Notes: generated by a model from the letters alone, not told the origin. Shown: positions 7,691 to 15,688, counted from the first letter of the stretch. The stretch is DNA of 41,028 nt from a virus (IMGVR_UViG_3300027581_000015:1-41028); one strand, 5' to 3'. Program-made: numbers and translations.

Positions 7691-8414
7691 TCTCGCCTGC
7701 GACCATGTGCGTAACCCAATATAATTTATAAAACTCTATATCAAATGCAAATCGTTTCATGTGTTGAACTGTTGCTCCAGTATGAGCATAGAGTGGAACA
7801 CCAGCCTCCTTCATTGCCATAAAGAACTGAATGTCTTCACCAATGAACTCATCCCTGCCACTTAAACCTTCTTTACCAGTAGAAGTTTCCATGAACAATG
7901 GTTTGTCACCATGAAACTTACGTATCGTATCAGCTGCTGACCTGTGCATGAGAAGGAATCCAAAGCCAGCGTAATCAACCTTCATCACAGCGTTCTCTTC
8001 TATCGGGTGAACATAAGACATCATGTATTTATCTGTAGGGTGGGCTATAAACAGCGCAGGGTATGGTTCCATGAGTGCCTGCTCGTTCTGTTTAGATATG
8101 AAGTATGTGCCAGTAACAACTGGTTTATCTTTGGCATCAGCCAAAGCCCACAACTTTTGCACAGCCTCGTTCGTAAGAACGATATCTGAATCTACCCACA
8201 AGATCCATTCAATGTCTGTCTTCTTATGCCAAGTATTAAATGCAGTCTCTCTTTGTCTACCTATCTGATTACCTTGCACACGCTGAGCTGAGACAATAGG
8301 TACACCACTAGTTAGAATTGTATACACAAGTCCTTGAGTAAACTTTCCATCAGTAGTTCCATTGTCACACCAAGTAACCATGATCCTATCTTTAACTGAT
8401 TTAACTTTTGACAT
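7668..8414 (-). CDS. GT-A fold (family 2-like) glycosyltransferase
   Basis: WILWVDSDIV (DxD), AGFGFLLM, GEDIQF motifs; start could be 8435. Confidence 0.8.
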   Translation of the reverse strand: MSKVKSVKDRIMVTWCDNGTTDGKFTQGLVYTILTSGVPIVSAQRVQGNQIGRQRETAFNTWHKKTDIEWILWVDSDIVLTNEAVQKLWALADAKDKPVVTGTYFISKQNEQALMEPYPALFIAHPTDKYMMSYVHPIEENAVMKVDYAGFGFLLMHRSAADTIRKFHGDKPLFMETSTGKEGLSGRDEFIGEDIQFFMAMKEAGVPLYAHTGATVQHMKRFAFDIEFYKLYWVTHMVAGEKEKKAEA

Positions 8415-8574
8415 GGTCACCGCCCCATCCTCCACCTTTAAAGTGAATGGCTGGTGGTGTAAATACTTTAGTCAATGTGGCATCACATTTCTCACACTTA
8501 GGAAATGGATTATCAGTAATGATTAGTTCAACAACTGAATCACAGTCGTTGCATTTGAAATCATAGGTTGGCAT
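8401..8574 (-). CDS. FmdB family Zn-ribbon protein (57 aa, not in ORF track)
   Basis: MPTYDFKCNDC...CEKC...FKGGGW signature. Confidence 0.85.
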   Translation of the reverse strand: MPTYDFKCNDCDSVVELIITDNPFPKCEKCDATLTKVFTPPAIHFKGGGWGGDHVKS

Positions 8575-8738
8575 TATTTCTTTTTCTTTTTCCTCGCTGC
8601 TGCTGCGTTGTCTACTAGGTTTGGATACGGTCTACCTGCTGCCTTAGCACGAGCACGTGCCTCAGATTTTTGTTCAGGTGTTAGTGGTGTTGATGTCTTC
8701 TTTGGATTAGTTGTTTTCCAAAATGGTTTCTTTTTCAT
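8574..8738 (-). CDS. Small basic protein (54 aa)
   Basis: TAATG-coupled; ARAKAAGRPYPNLVDN and poly-Lys tail. Confidence 0.7.
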   Translation of the reverse strand: MKKKPFWKTTNPKKTSTPLTPEQKSEARARAKAAGRPYPNLVDNAAAARKKKKK

Positions 8739-9376
8739 TAGTATGGTGTTACCCCTCCGAGTTTGTCTGCTATTTCTTTTATTCCTTTTGCAACCAATTG
8801 TTCTACACGTTGAGGTGAGATATCCCAAGCCTCAGCTATGTCCGCAAGTGGCATGTCGTTCACAAATCTAGATGTCAGTATGCCTTGCATTCTGGGATCT
8901 AGTTTCTTCATTGCTCTATCCACATCAGCAATCATTGCTGCCAGATTGTTGCCTTCATTAGCTGGCTTCTTCGCCTTGACCCCATGTACATCTGGATCGA
9001 AGACTTGGTTAGCCAAGTATGATTCGTCAGTACCAGCAACCTTAATTAGATTCTCAATTAAATCTAGACGATAGAAGTATTCATCACCTAGTTCATAACC
9101 AAGAGTGCGAGCCTTCTCTTTGCGAGCGTATCGCTCGCCAGCCCTACGCATGAACGTACTGAATGCTTTGTATCCCTGCTTGATTTCAATAGGGTCTTCA
9201 CGAATTAAATACTGTGCAACTTTATCTCTACGTTTCCATGCGTACTCATTCATTGCTTGTCTTATGTCTGCAAGTTCTACAAATCTATGGTAACGCTTGG
9301 ACAAACCCCAAGCTATTGATATATTAATCTCATTAACTTCATCCCATATAGGATGATCACGGCTTAACTCAGTCAT
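8738..9376 (-). CDS. Sigma-factor-like protein (region 4 HTH)
   Basis: DVDRAMKKLDP...PLADIAEAWDISPQRVEQLVAKGIKEI region-4 pattern; N-terminal region-2-like segment. Confidence 0.7.
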   Translation of the reverse strand: MTELSRDHPIWDEVNEINISIAWGLSKRYHRFVELADIRQAMNEYAWKRRDKVAQYLIREDPIEIKQGYKAFSTFMRRAGERYARKEKARTLGYELGDEYFYRLDLIENLIKVAGTDESYLANQVFDPDVHGVKAKKPANEGNNLAAMIADVDRAMKKLDPRMQGILTSRFVNDMPLADIAEAWDISPQRVEQLVAKGIKEIADKLGGVTPY

Positions 9377-9656
9377 GGTCTTTAATTAAATATGCATGGG
9401 CTAGTAGCAGCAACTCTGGATCGTCGTTGAGTAGACCTAATACTCTATTGTGAGCCGAGCACAAGAGACCTCGTACCTTGCCAGTAGTATGGTCATGATC
9501 AATATCAAGAGCACGATGCGTATATGATTTTCCACAGATATAACACCCGCCGTTTTGTTCTTCAAGCATACGATTATAATCATCAACACTTATTCCGTAA
9601 GAGCGGATCCTTGAGATCCGTTGCTCTTCGTAAGTCTTATTCCGATTTCTTGGCAT
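9369..9656 (-). CDS. Recombination endonuclease VII family (His-Me) nuclease
   Basis: YGIS..DY...QNGGCYIC...DHDHTTGKVRGLLCxxxNxxLG. Confidence 0.88.
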   Translation of the reverse strand: MPRNRNKTYEEQRISRIRSYGISVDDYNRMLEEQNGGCYICGKSYTHRALDIDHDHTTGKVRGLLCSAHNRVLGLLNDDPELLLLAHAYLIKDHD

Positions 9657-9960
9657 GCTTAGCCCATACCCCACGCTGCACCATCAATGCAATGATTGCG
9701 TAGTTTGCAATATCAACGAACGAATCTTCTAATGATTCGTTGTTAGGTTTAATATTTTTATATATCAGATTCTTTAATCGCTCAAGCTTGTCTGACATAC
9801 GAACCATTAACCCATTAGTTGCACCGCCAGGTGCATTCCAGATATTGAATGGACCATAATCTATTTGTTTCTTTACAAGAACAGCCAGTAACTCATCATA
9901 TATTTTCTGAGCATCCTCTTCAAACTCAAGGATTAACTGGTCAGATTTATCAGTCGCCAA
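9637..9960 (-). CDS. DUF1599 / nucleotide modification associated domain 1 protein
   Basis: KKQxDYG, RMSDKLERLKNL, ESLEDSFVDIANYAII motifs. Confidence 0.8.
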   Translation of the reverse strand: MATDKSDQLILEFEEDAQKIYDELLAVLVKKQIDYGPFNIWNAPGGATNGLMVRMSDKLERLKNLIYKNIKPNNESLEDSFVDIANYAIIALMVQRGVWAKHAKKSE

Positions 9961-9972
9961 CAGAGCACCTTT

Positions 9973-10617
9973 CTAGTTAATTGCATTAACTAAGTCAGTC
10001 AATGCTTGTGCTCCTTGTCTGCAAATTATACTATTAACATCACTGTCAGGCGGTAGCGACACACGCACTGCTTGAGGTATTGCATCTTGTAATCTTCTAG
10101 CTAATTCCTGCCCAGGATTTGACCCATCTTCTTTGGCATCATTGTCAGTACAGATTATTACCGTACCTATCCCATCAAAGCAACGAGCAAAGTGAGGCTT
10201 CCAAGCGTTAACTCCTGCAACAGCGACAGCAGGATGACCAATAAGTGTTGCACTGATTGCATCTATTTCTCCTTCTACTATTAGGACTTTATTAATTGCG
10301 TTGAGTATTGCATCAACATTATATAGGTGGTGCTTCTGACCAGTAGGTATCATGTACTTGGGATCTCCTCCGTCAATACGACGGAACTTAAATCCAACTA
10401 CCCCAGCCTCAGTTATATATGGAATAGATAAATGATTCTTGATTCTATCTTCATGCCCAGGTGCTACCTCTGCTACATATCCAAGCATGAACCGACTAGC
10501 ACCATCAAGAATCCCACGCTCTTTTAAGTAAGCCTCTGCTGGTGAACCAGCAAGGCTCTCGTGGTATTGCTTGGCTGCTCTAGTCCATAGTTCAATTAGC
10601 TTTGGATTAATTCTCAT
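9973..10617 (-). CDS. dnaG: DNA primase, catalytic TOPRIM part (no Zn-binding domain)
   Basis: YLKERGI, PKY, IVEGEIDAIS, CTDND motifs. Confidence 0.88.
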   Translation of the reverse strand: MRINPKLIELWTRAAKQYHESLAGSPAEAYLKERGILDGASRFMLGYVAEVAPGHEDRIKNHLSIPYITEAGVVGFKFRRIDGGDPKYMIPTGQKHHLYNVDAILNAINKVLIVEGEIDAISATLIGHPAVAVAGVNAWKPHFARCFDGIGTVIICTDNDAKEDGSNPGQELARRLQDAIPQAVRVSLPPDSDVNSIICRQGAQALTDLVNAIN

Positions 10618-10813
10618 CCCACTCCTGCTTCGCCCATAAGGTAAAGTTAATATAAAATATTAAGAAATCAAAACGCATTACTCTGGCATCTATATATTCA
10701 ACTAGATCAAGTGAATCTAAATCTTCATATACTGAAGTCATAGTGTGGTAAGTAATACCAAGACCCCAACAATAAATACGATTAAACCCTACATATAAAC
10801 TAAGTCTTCCCAC
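10607..10813 (-). CDS. Hypothetical protein (68 aa)
   Basis: Coupled to both neighbours; GAGG RBS. Confidence 0.6.
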   Translation of the reverse strand: MGRLSLYVGFNRIYCWGLGITYHTMTSVYEDLDSLDLVEYIDARVMRFDFLIFYINFTLWAKQEWDEN

Positions 10814-11346
10814 TACCTCTTCTCCTGTCTGTGCATTAAGAATGGAGGTGCAGTATACACATCATTCCTCGCTGCTATCTGCAACGCCTTACGCCAAGTT
10901 GCGCCTTGTTGTAACGCACCTACTGCATAAGAAGATCCTGATCCTATTCCATACACACCATCATCACGCAAGAATACCGAGAAGGTATCATCTATTTCAT
11001 AGATAGTTCCATTAACTGCAATTAAAAATAAAAACTCATAGTCATCTGACTTTTCATCTGCTACCCAACCATTTTCTTTCAAACACTCACGCATACTAGG
11101 AACTATATCTGTAATCATAAAATGATATGGATCTTTAATTGAAGGTGGTAGTGCTGGTGGTTTCCAGATATGTTGGATGGTATCGCATGGCATGGTTGTG
11201 CCAGCTCCTGCAATTACATACTTACCACGCTTAGTAATCTTTGTAATAATAGGATGAGAGTATGGTCTGCCCTTTTCTGTAGTTGTACGAGAGTCGGCTG
11301 CTATAACGCAATGATCATTCTTTTGTATACCAATGATGGTTGTCAT
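10813..11346 (-). CDS. HslV/proteasome-beta-like Ntn threonine peptidase
   Basis: M-TTIIG...AADSRTT, KI, AGAG and GIGSGSxYAxGAL motifs; TAATG-coupled start at 11346. Confidence 0.85.
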   Translation of the reverse strand: MTTIIGIQKNDHCVIAADSRTTTEKGRPYSHPIITKITKRGKYVIAGAGTTMPCDTIQHIWKPPALPPSIKDPYHFMITDIVPSMRECLKENGWVADEKSDDYEFLFLIAVNGTIYEIDDTFSVFLRDDGVYGIGSGSSYAVGALQQGATWRKALQIAARNDVYTAPPFLMHRQEKR

Positions 11347-11675
11347 TACTTCCGCAATCTTGGCGGTATCCACCGACCATTGGTTCGTCTTCTGCCACGC
11401 ATAGGCGTGGCAAACTCTTTACTCTTTTCTGATCCTATATTTTTTTCTGCCCACTTACGAGCCTCTGAGTATGTTAGCTTCTCACGAGCCATGATTATGT
11501 GAATACCAGAACCACTACTGTTACATGCATAACATACCCAGACACCCTTGTCTGAATTAACTGAAGCAGACTTACGAGAATCATCATGCACTGGACAGAG
11601 AATAGACTTCTCTCCTTGTGGCAAGGTTAAACCATAATGATTAAAGACTGCTTCAAGAAATTCAGGTTGATTCAT
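11346..11675 (-). CDS. Primase CHC2 zinc-binding domain protein
   Basis: CPVHDDSRKSASV...WVCYAC...G...EA motif. Confidence 0.88.
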   Translation of the reverse strand: MNQPEFLEAVFNHYGLTLPQGEKSILCPVHDDSRKSASVNSDKGVWVCYACNSSGSGIHIIMAREKLTYSEARKWAEKNIGSEKSKEFATPMRGRRRTNGRWIPPRLRK

Positions 11676-12053
11676 TTAATACCAATTCCTTTCTTGATGG
11701 AACTCGAACGCCTTGCACCAAGTTCCGTACCGATGAAGCACATACTTGTGTGCTTCTGATGTTTGTTTGAGTATTGACCACTCTGGTTTTCCCCAGAGTA
11801 ACTGCCAAACTCCACGTGCTCCACTCGATTTGTTGTACGAGTCGATGTTGTAACGGCTCTCCTTGTACGCAATCTTCTTCGCACAAGCAGCTTCTTTCTT
11901 GTTTGTCGTTACTGTAGTTAGAGCCAACTCCAACGCCTCTTCCTTGTCCAGCGTAGATATACGATGTTCCAAGGTCATTAACGGAGAGTCCGCTCTTGCT
12001 GGTGATATCAATAGAAGCATCACCGTTGTTACGGTCATTGCAATCAACCGCAT
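11676..12053 (-). CDS. Secreted lytic transglycosylase (SLT/lysozyme-like fold)
   Basis: Signal peptide ending ARA; KESRYN, SGARGVWQ, YVLHRYG...WY motifs. Confidence 0.8.
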   Translation of the reverse strand: MRLIAMTVTTVMLLLISPARADSPLMTLEHRISTLDKEEALELALTTVTTNKKEAACAKKIAYKESRYNIDSYNKSSGARGVWQLLWGKPEWSILKQTSEAHKYVLHRYGTWCKAFEFHQERNWY

Positions 12054-12091
12054 AGTTACCTCTTTTCATTTGATAACTAACTGTCACCTTG

Positions 12092-12445
12092 TTATCTATG
12101 TCCATTGTAACCTGCCTGTTTAAGCAGATCGACCCAGAGTTGCGCTGGCATTACTGCATACGACTCTGAGACATTTGTTGTGCCACGTTTCTTTACTAGT
12201 ACCACTCCAGTCTCGGCATCTGCATGAGTCATTTCATTGTCTAACTCTTTCATATACCCAGACAAATCTATCTTCTTTTCATTCTTACATTCTACTACAA
12301 CACCATCTATGCCATCAATATCGCCGACGTCGTCGTGCCTACCTGCACCATACGCCCGCTCAGCACAAGGGAAACCATTAGCAACTAACCACTTGGATAC
12401 ATCACGCTCATACTGCGAGCCTTTGCGTTTACTTGGTGTTGACAT
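12092..12445 (-). CDS. Holliday junction resolvase (Hjc-like PD-(D/E)XK)
   Basis: KRKGSQYERDV, GDIDG, VVECKN motifs. Confidence 0.85.
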   Translation of the reverse strand: MSTPSKRKGSQYERDVSKWLVANGFPCAERAYGAGRHDDVGDIDGIDGVVVECKNEKKIDLSGYMKELDNEMTHADAETGVVLVKKRGTTNVSESYAVMPAQLWVDLLKQAGYNGHR

Positions 12446-12704
12446 AATGACTTACCAATATTTGTTTAACTTCTATACCAAGTTTTTTTCTGATTCGCAT
12501 TCTCTCTCTTGGAGAAGTGCCACCCCATATACCATGTGACTCATGGGCAAGACCCCATTCTAAACAAGCTTGCATTACTGGACACTCCTTACATATTGAT
12601 TTGGCTTTCCGTTCTTCACTACTTGTAGCATTGTTGTGCTCTTGAAAGAAAAACTCTAAACCAATTCCTCTGCAAGTTGCACTAGTGAAGTCTGGATATT
12701 TCAT
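12429..12704 (-). CDS. whiB: WhiB family Fe-S transcription factor
   Basis: Four Cys (C...CKECPVMQAC) and GIWGGTSPRER. Confidence 0.95.
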   Translation of the reverse strand: MKYPDFTSATCRGIGLEFFFQEHNNATSSEERKAKSICKECPVMQACLEWGLAHESHGIWGGTSPRERMRIRKKLGIEVKQILVSHYVNTK

Positions 12705-13200
12705 TGATGAGTACCTCTATCGGTTGTAGTTGGTTAGCATCCATTACTAACCGAGTGCCATAACCGTAGTCATGTAAGTAATGATTAGCAAGGAAGTTTT
12801 CTCGTGTTGTCCAACCAATTACATCAAACAAACTATCCACATGTGGAAGTTGTTTATCCCCAGAAAATTTTACAAGTACAGCCACATCAGATATAAATAA
12901 TTCTGGTGCATTAAATATTAATTGCGATAATGTTGACGTCTTAACCTGTATAGATTTACCCAATACTGATATGAGGTCGTGTCCGTTATCACCGCCAGGC
13001 GTAATCGTTTTATCCGTCGGTATCCCAAGGACCCTAGAACATGCCACCTCACCCAGCCTACCCATAAGATTAACGGAATACGAGGAATTATTTTTATCAA
13101 ACTTACGATCCGTAACATCAAACTCTTTCTTGTTCTGTCTTACCCTGTGGATAAACCTAAGTGAATCTATAATCTCATCTTCAGTTAGTTCTACTTCCAT
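12682..13200 (-). CDS. Hypothetical protein, possible restriction-endonuclease-like fold
   Basis: GRLGEVA...DxGxD...IQVKT pattern. Confidence 0.55.
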   Translation of the reverse strand: MEVELTEDEIIDSLRFIHRVRQNKKEFDVTDRKFDKNNSSYSVNLMGRLGEVACSRVLGIPTDKTITPGGDNGHDLISVLGKSIQVKTSTLSQLIFNAPELFISDVAVLVKFSGDKQLPHVDSLFDVIGWTTRENFLANHYLHDYGYGTRLVMDANQLQPIEVLINEISRLH

Positions 13201-14024
13201 TGTCGCAAAGTCCTTGCCCTGTTTAATTCTGTGGGAGAGTTATATAAACTCATATGACTTGGTTCAACAGATAAAGTTATATAATTTTCTGCCGTTGGAT
13301 CTGCCTTACCATGGCGATTCTTTACAACAGCAACTCTATAAGCATTGGCTACAGCATCTAACGCTACGCTCAGTACTAGTTCAGGTAAGGCGGAGACCTT
13401 ACCCATTAAAGCTTTACGTGGGGCTGGGTAGTTAGGCTTAGACATCTTCTCATTTTCAGATACATGGTGTAGCACTATGAATGCTGATTCATATTCTCTA
13501 GCCATGTAGTGGAACGCAGACATTGCATCACGCAATGCTGTCCATTCATTGTCGCTAACCGCAGCAACATTCATTAAGTTATCTATATAGATTGCTGATG
13601 GTGGAGCACCGTGCAGTTCAATCCAAGCTTCAATCTCTTCTTCAATATCTTGTAAAGAAGGAGAGGGGTCAAAACTAAAACGAACATGTGAAGCACCATC
13701 AGCCAGTGCATCTTCCAATAAGACAGATGCATCAGAGTCCATCATCTTCTCCATATCAGTTACTGATTTATTCATTAGGATTGCACCAGCACGAAGGGCT
13801 ATCGTTCTTGAATCAGAGTCTGCTGAAAAATATAATGCTGGAGTCTTAGATGTAATTGCGTACCATAAAGCAAGCATGGTTTTACCACCACCTGGTTGCG
13901 CTGCAACCAAGTGTAATTGTGCCTGACGGAATACAACTTGATTGCTGGTGAGTTGAGGAAGAATCTCAGGAAGGGCATGCCCTGCTGGAGATTCGACTCC
14001 TACTACTTGCAATAAGGTACGCAT
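13191..14024 (-). CDS. DnaB/RecA-like AAA helicase
   Basis: Walker A AQPGGGKT, Walker B IYIDNL, VLHH, VKNRHG. Confidence 0.85.
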   Translation of the reverse strand: MRTLLQVVGVESPAGHALPEILPQLTSNQVVFRQAQLHLVAAQPGGGKTMLALWYAITSKTPALYFSADSDSRTIALRAGAILMNKSVTDMEKMMDSDASVLLEDALADGASHVRFSFDPSPSLQDIEEEIEAWIELHGAPPSAIYIDNLMNVAAVSDNEWTALRDAMSAFHYMAREYESAFIVLHHVSENEKMSKPNYPAPRKALMGKVSALPELVLSVALDAVANAYRVAVVKNRHGKADPTAENYITLSVEPSHMSLYNSPTELNRARTLRQWK

Positions 14025-14027
14025 GGA

Positions 14028-14468
14028 TTACTTAGTCCAGATTGTTTCTGCTTCTACTGCGCCAACAGTAAATGGCTTTGGTCCCTTAGCTGGATCAAAC
14101 CAACCTATGTAAGACTTGCCTGCTTTCGATACGCCCTTCTTCTTAGCGTACTTACCTCTACCATCTGGTAGATCAGGTGCATCTGGGTGACCATATGTCC
14201 ATTCATTGTCGTATCTATCTTTGATTACTTCAATACCAGCAGGAACTACAGTTGGATTTAATCCACTAGCAGTTAGTACTTGCATTGATTTATCCATTGA
14301 TGTCATGCCACCACGACCACCAAGGGCGATCTGTAGTTCAGTTGCTGCTTTGATTGCTTCAACTGCAGCCTGCATGTTAGTAGCAAACTCAGCAGCACTG
14401 TCACCTCGGACGGTGAATAGGTCAGTACTGTTTAGCTTACCTGTATATGAGAACTTAGACTCAGTCAT
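14028..14468 (-). CDS. Hypothetical protein of the recombination module
   Basis: GAAAGGA RBS; lies between exonuclease and helicase. Confidence 0.75.
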   Translation of the reverse strand: MTESKFSYTGKLNSTDLFTVRGDSAAEFATNMQAAVEAIKAATELQIALGGRGGMTSMDKSMQVLTASGLNPTVVPAGIEVIKDRYDNEWTYGHPDAPDLPDGRGKYAKKKGVSKAGKSYIGWFDPAKGPKPFTVGAVEAETIWTK

Positions 14469-14474
14469 CTATGT

Positions 14475-15146
14475 TCATCCTTTCTTTCCCTTTGTTGTTG
14501 GTATTTTCAATGGGAAACTTTTACTACCCATGGCTGGGCATTGGGATTGGAATGAACACATGCGACATGAGTCGCCAACGGATGGTGGGAACCATCCTTG
14601 TAATACTGAATGGTTCATTGCGCCAAATACATAATCAAAATATTCTATTGTTAGGTGCGACAAATCTATTAGATCGTCAAGCGAACCTGATCTTGTCATA
14701 AAGAATGCTCCCCACTTGGGGCGAATGCCATAAGCTTTTTCAATACCAGCAGCATATAAGCCTGCTTGAATCATACCGAATGGTGTCCTAGAACCTGTCT
14801 TGTAGTCAACGATTACCAAGTCTTCCCCTACTTGGTAGATCGCATCAACAATAAATCGAACTGGTGTTCCCCCGAAGTGAACATCTGCTGACCATTCAAT
14901 TCCAGGACGACCATCTGGCATCGTAGCAATTTGCCAACCAGAAGACTCATACCATTTCTGATACGCCTCTACCTGCTTGAGTCCATCGCTTTGCCAAAAC
15001 GATAGATCTTCTCCGTCTGGGCGCAAGGTGGTCTTGCGTCCAGCCGTCTTCCACTCTGTCGAGGGAATACCTGTCTTGTCTTCGGTCTCCTTGACGGCAT
15101 CATTAAATACCTCAAGCCACTTCTGTGTCAAATCAAAGGAAGTCAT
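14475..15146 (-). CDS. Cas4/RecB-like exonuclease, C-terminal catalytic part
   Basis: GIE..., IVD...IVDYKTG, QxxxYA, CRMCSFQSQC; own AAAGGAG RBS. Confidence 0.85.
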   Translation of the reverse strand: MTSFDLTQKWLEVFNDAVKETEDKTGIPSTEWKTAGRKTTLRPDGEDLSFWQSDGLKQVEAYQKWYESSGWQIATMPDGRPGIEWSADVHFGGTPVRFIVDAIYQVGEDLVIVDYKTGSRTPFGMIQAGLYAAGIEKAYGIRPKWGAFFMTRSGSLDDLIDLSHLTIEYFDYVFGAMNHSVLQGWFPPSVGDSCRMCSFQSQCPAMGSKSFPLKIPTTKGKKG

Positions 15147-15357
15147 CAGTCTCTCCTTTGTACTCAGGGTGATCGGCTGGTGTTGGGGCGGTCATAGGAG
15201 AACCACAGTTAGCGCAGAAGGAATCAAGAAACCACATGACCAGTTCGTAATCTTTAAAGATTGCCCTAATGACCTGTATGTCCGAACCACAGTTGATACA
15301 CTCATTGCTTGGTATACCACGCTGGTCAATTGCCAAGTTGCTTCTTATAGAACTCAT
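15133..15357 (-). CDS. Zn-ribbon protein inserted between the two exonuclease halves
   Basis: CINCG and CANCG motifs; GGAG upstream; overlaps both neighbours. Confidence 0.7.
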   Translation of the reverse strand: MSSIRSNLAIDQRGIPSNECINCGSDIQVIRAIFKDYELVMWFLDSFCANCGSPMTAPTPADHPEYKGETDDFL

Positions 15358-15517
15358 GGTTTAACCACTCCAGCATGGAGTGGACAGCCGAACCAGCAGC
15401 AAGGTACACCGCAGGTTTCTCTGGAACCATAGCTATTTTGCTAAGATAATATTTCTGTGGACAGGACTGCCATGTAGATAACTGGCTATAAGATCTATGA
15501 GGAGGAAGTTCGTTCAT
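15326..15517 (-). CDS. Cas4/RecB-like exonuclease, N-terminal fragment
   Basis: SYSQLSTWQSCPQKYYL...GSAVHSMLE is the usual N-terminus of this family; probably leaderless. Confidence 0.8.
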   Translation of the reverse strand: MNELPPHRSYSQLSTWQSCPQKYYLSKIAMVPEKPAVYLAAGSAVHSMLEWLNHEFYKKQLGN

Positions 15518-15523
15518 AGTCGA

Positions 15524-15562
15524 ATAGTAATCTAACCAACTGACATTCTTTGGTAGCGACAC
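15524..15562 (-). promoter_or_regulatory. Putative promoter of the replication operon (leaderless start)
   Basis: TACTAT 6 nt before ATG 15517, no SD; GTGTCGCTACC box upstream. Confidence 0.5.
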
Positions 15563-15652
15563 GAATCACATTTATACCAAAGATCTGATAAAGTAAAAGG
15601 GTGGTGGGTGGGAAAGGCTCGCTCAGGCGAGCCGTGAAAGATAATAGGAAAC

Positions 15653-15688
15653 AAAAAAAGAGGGGGATCAATTAAGATCCCCCTCTCT
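15653..15688 (-). terminator. Rho-independent terminator ending the structural operon
   Basis: Minus strand AGAGGGGGATC-TTAATT-GATCCCCCTCT followed by a T run. Confidence 0.85.

Noticed and set aside
11662-12105. 147-aa and 70-aa ORFs overlapping the transglycosylase
   Set aside because: No motifs; the overlapped frame has a clear family signature and RBS.
15133-15357. Group I intron or intein interrupting the exonuclease
   Set aside because: Only about 180 nt separate the halves, filled by an ORF; no intron core or intein motifs seen; the downstream half has its own RBS. Not formally excluded without RNA data.
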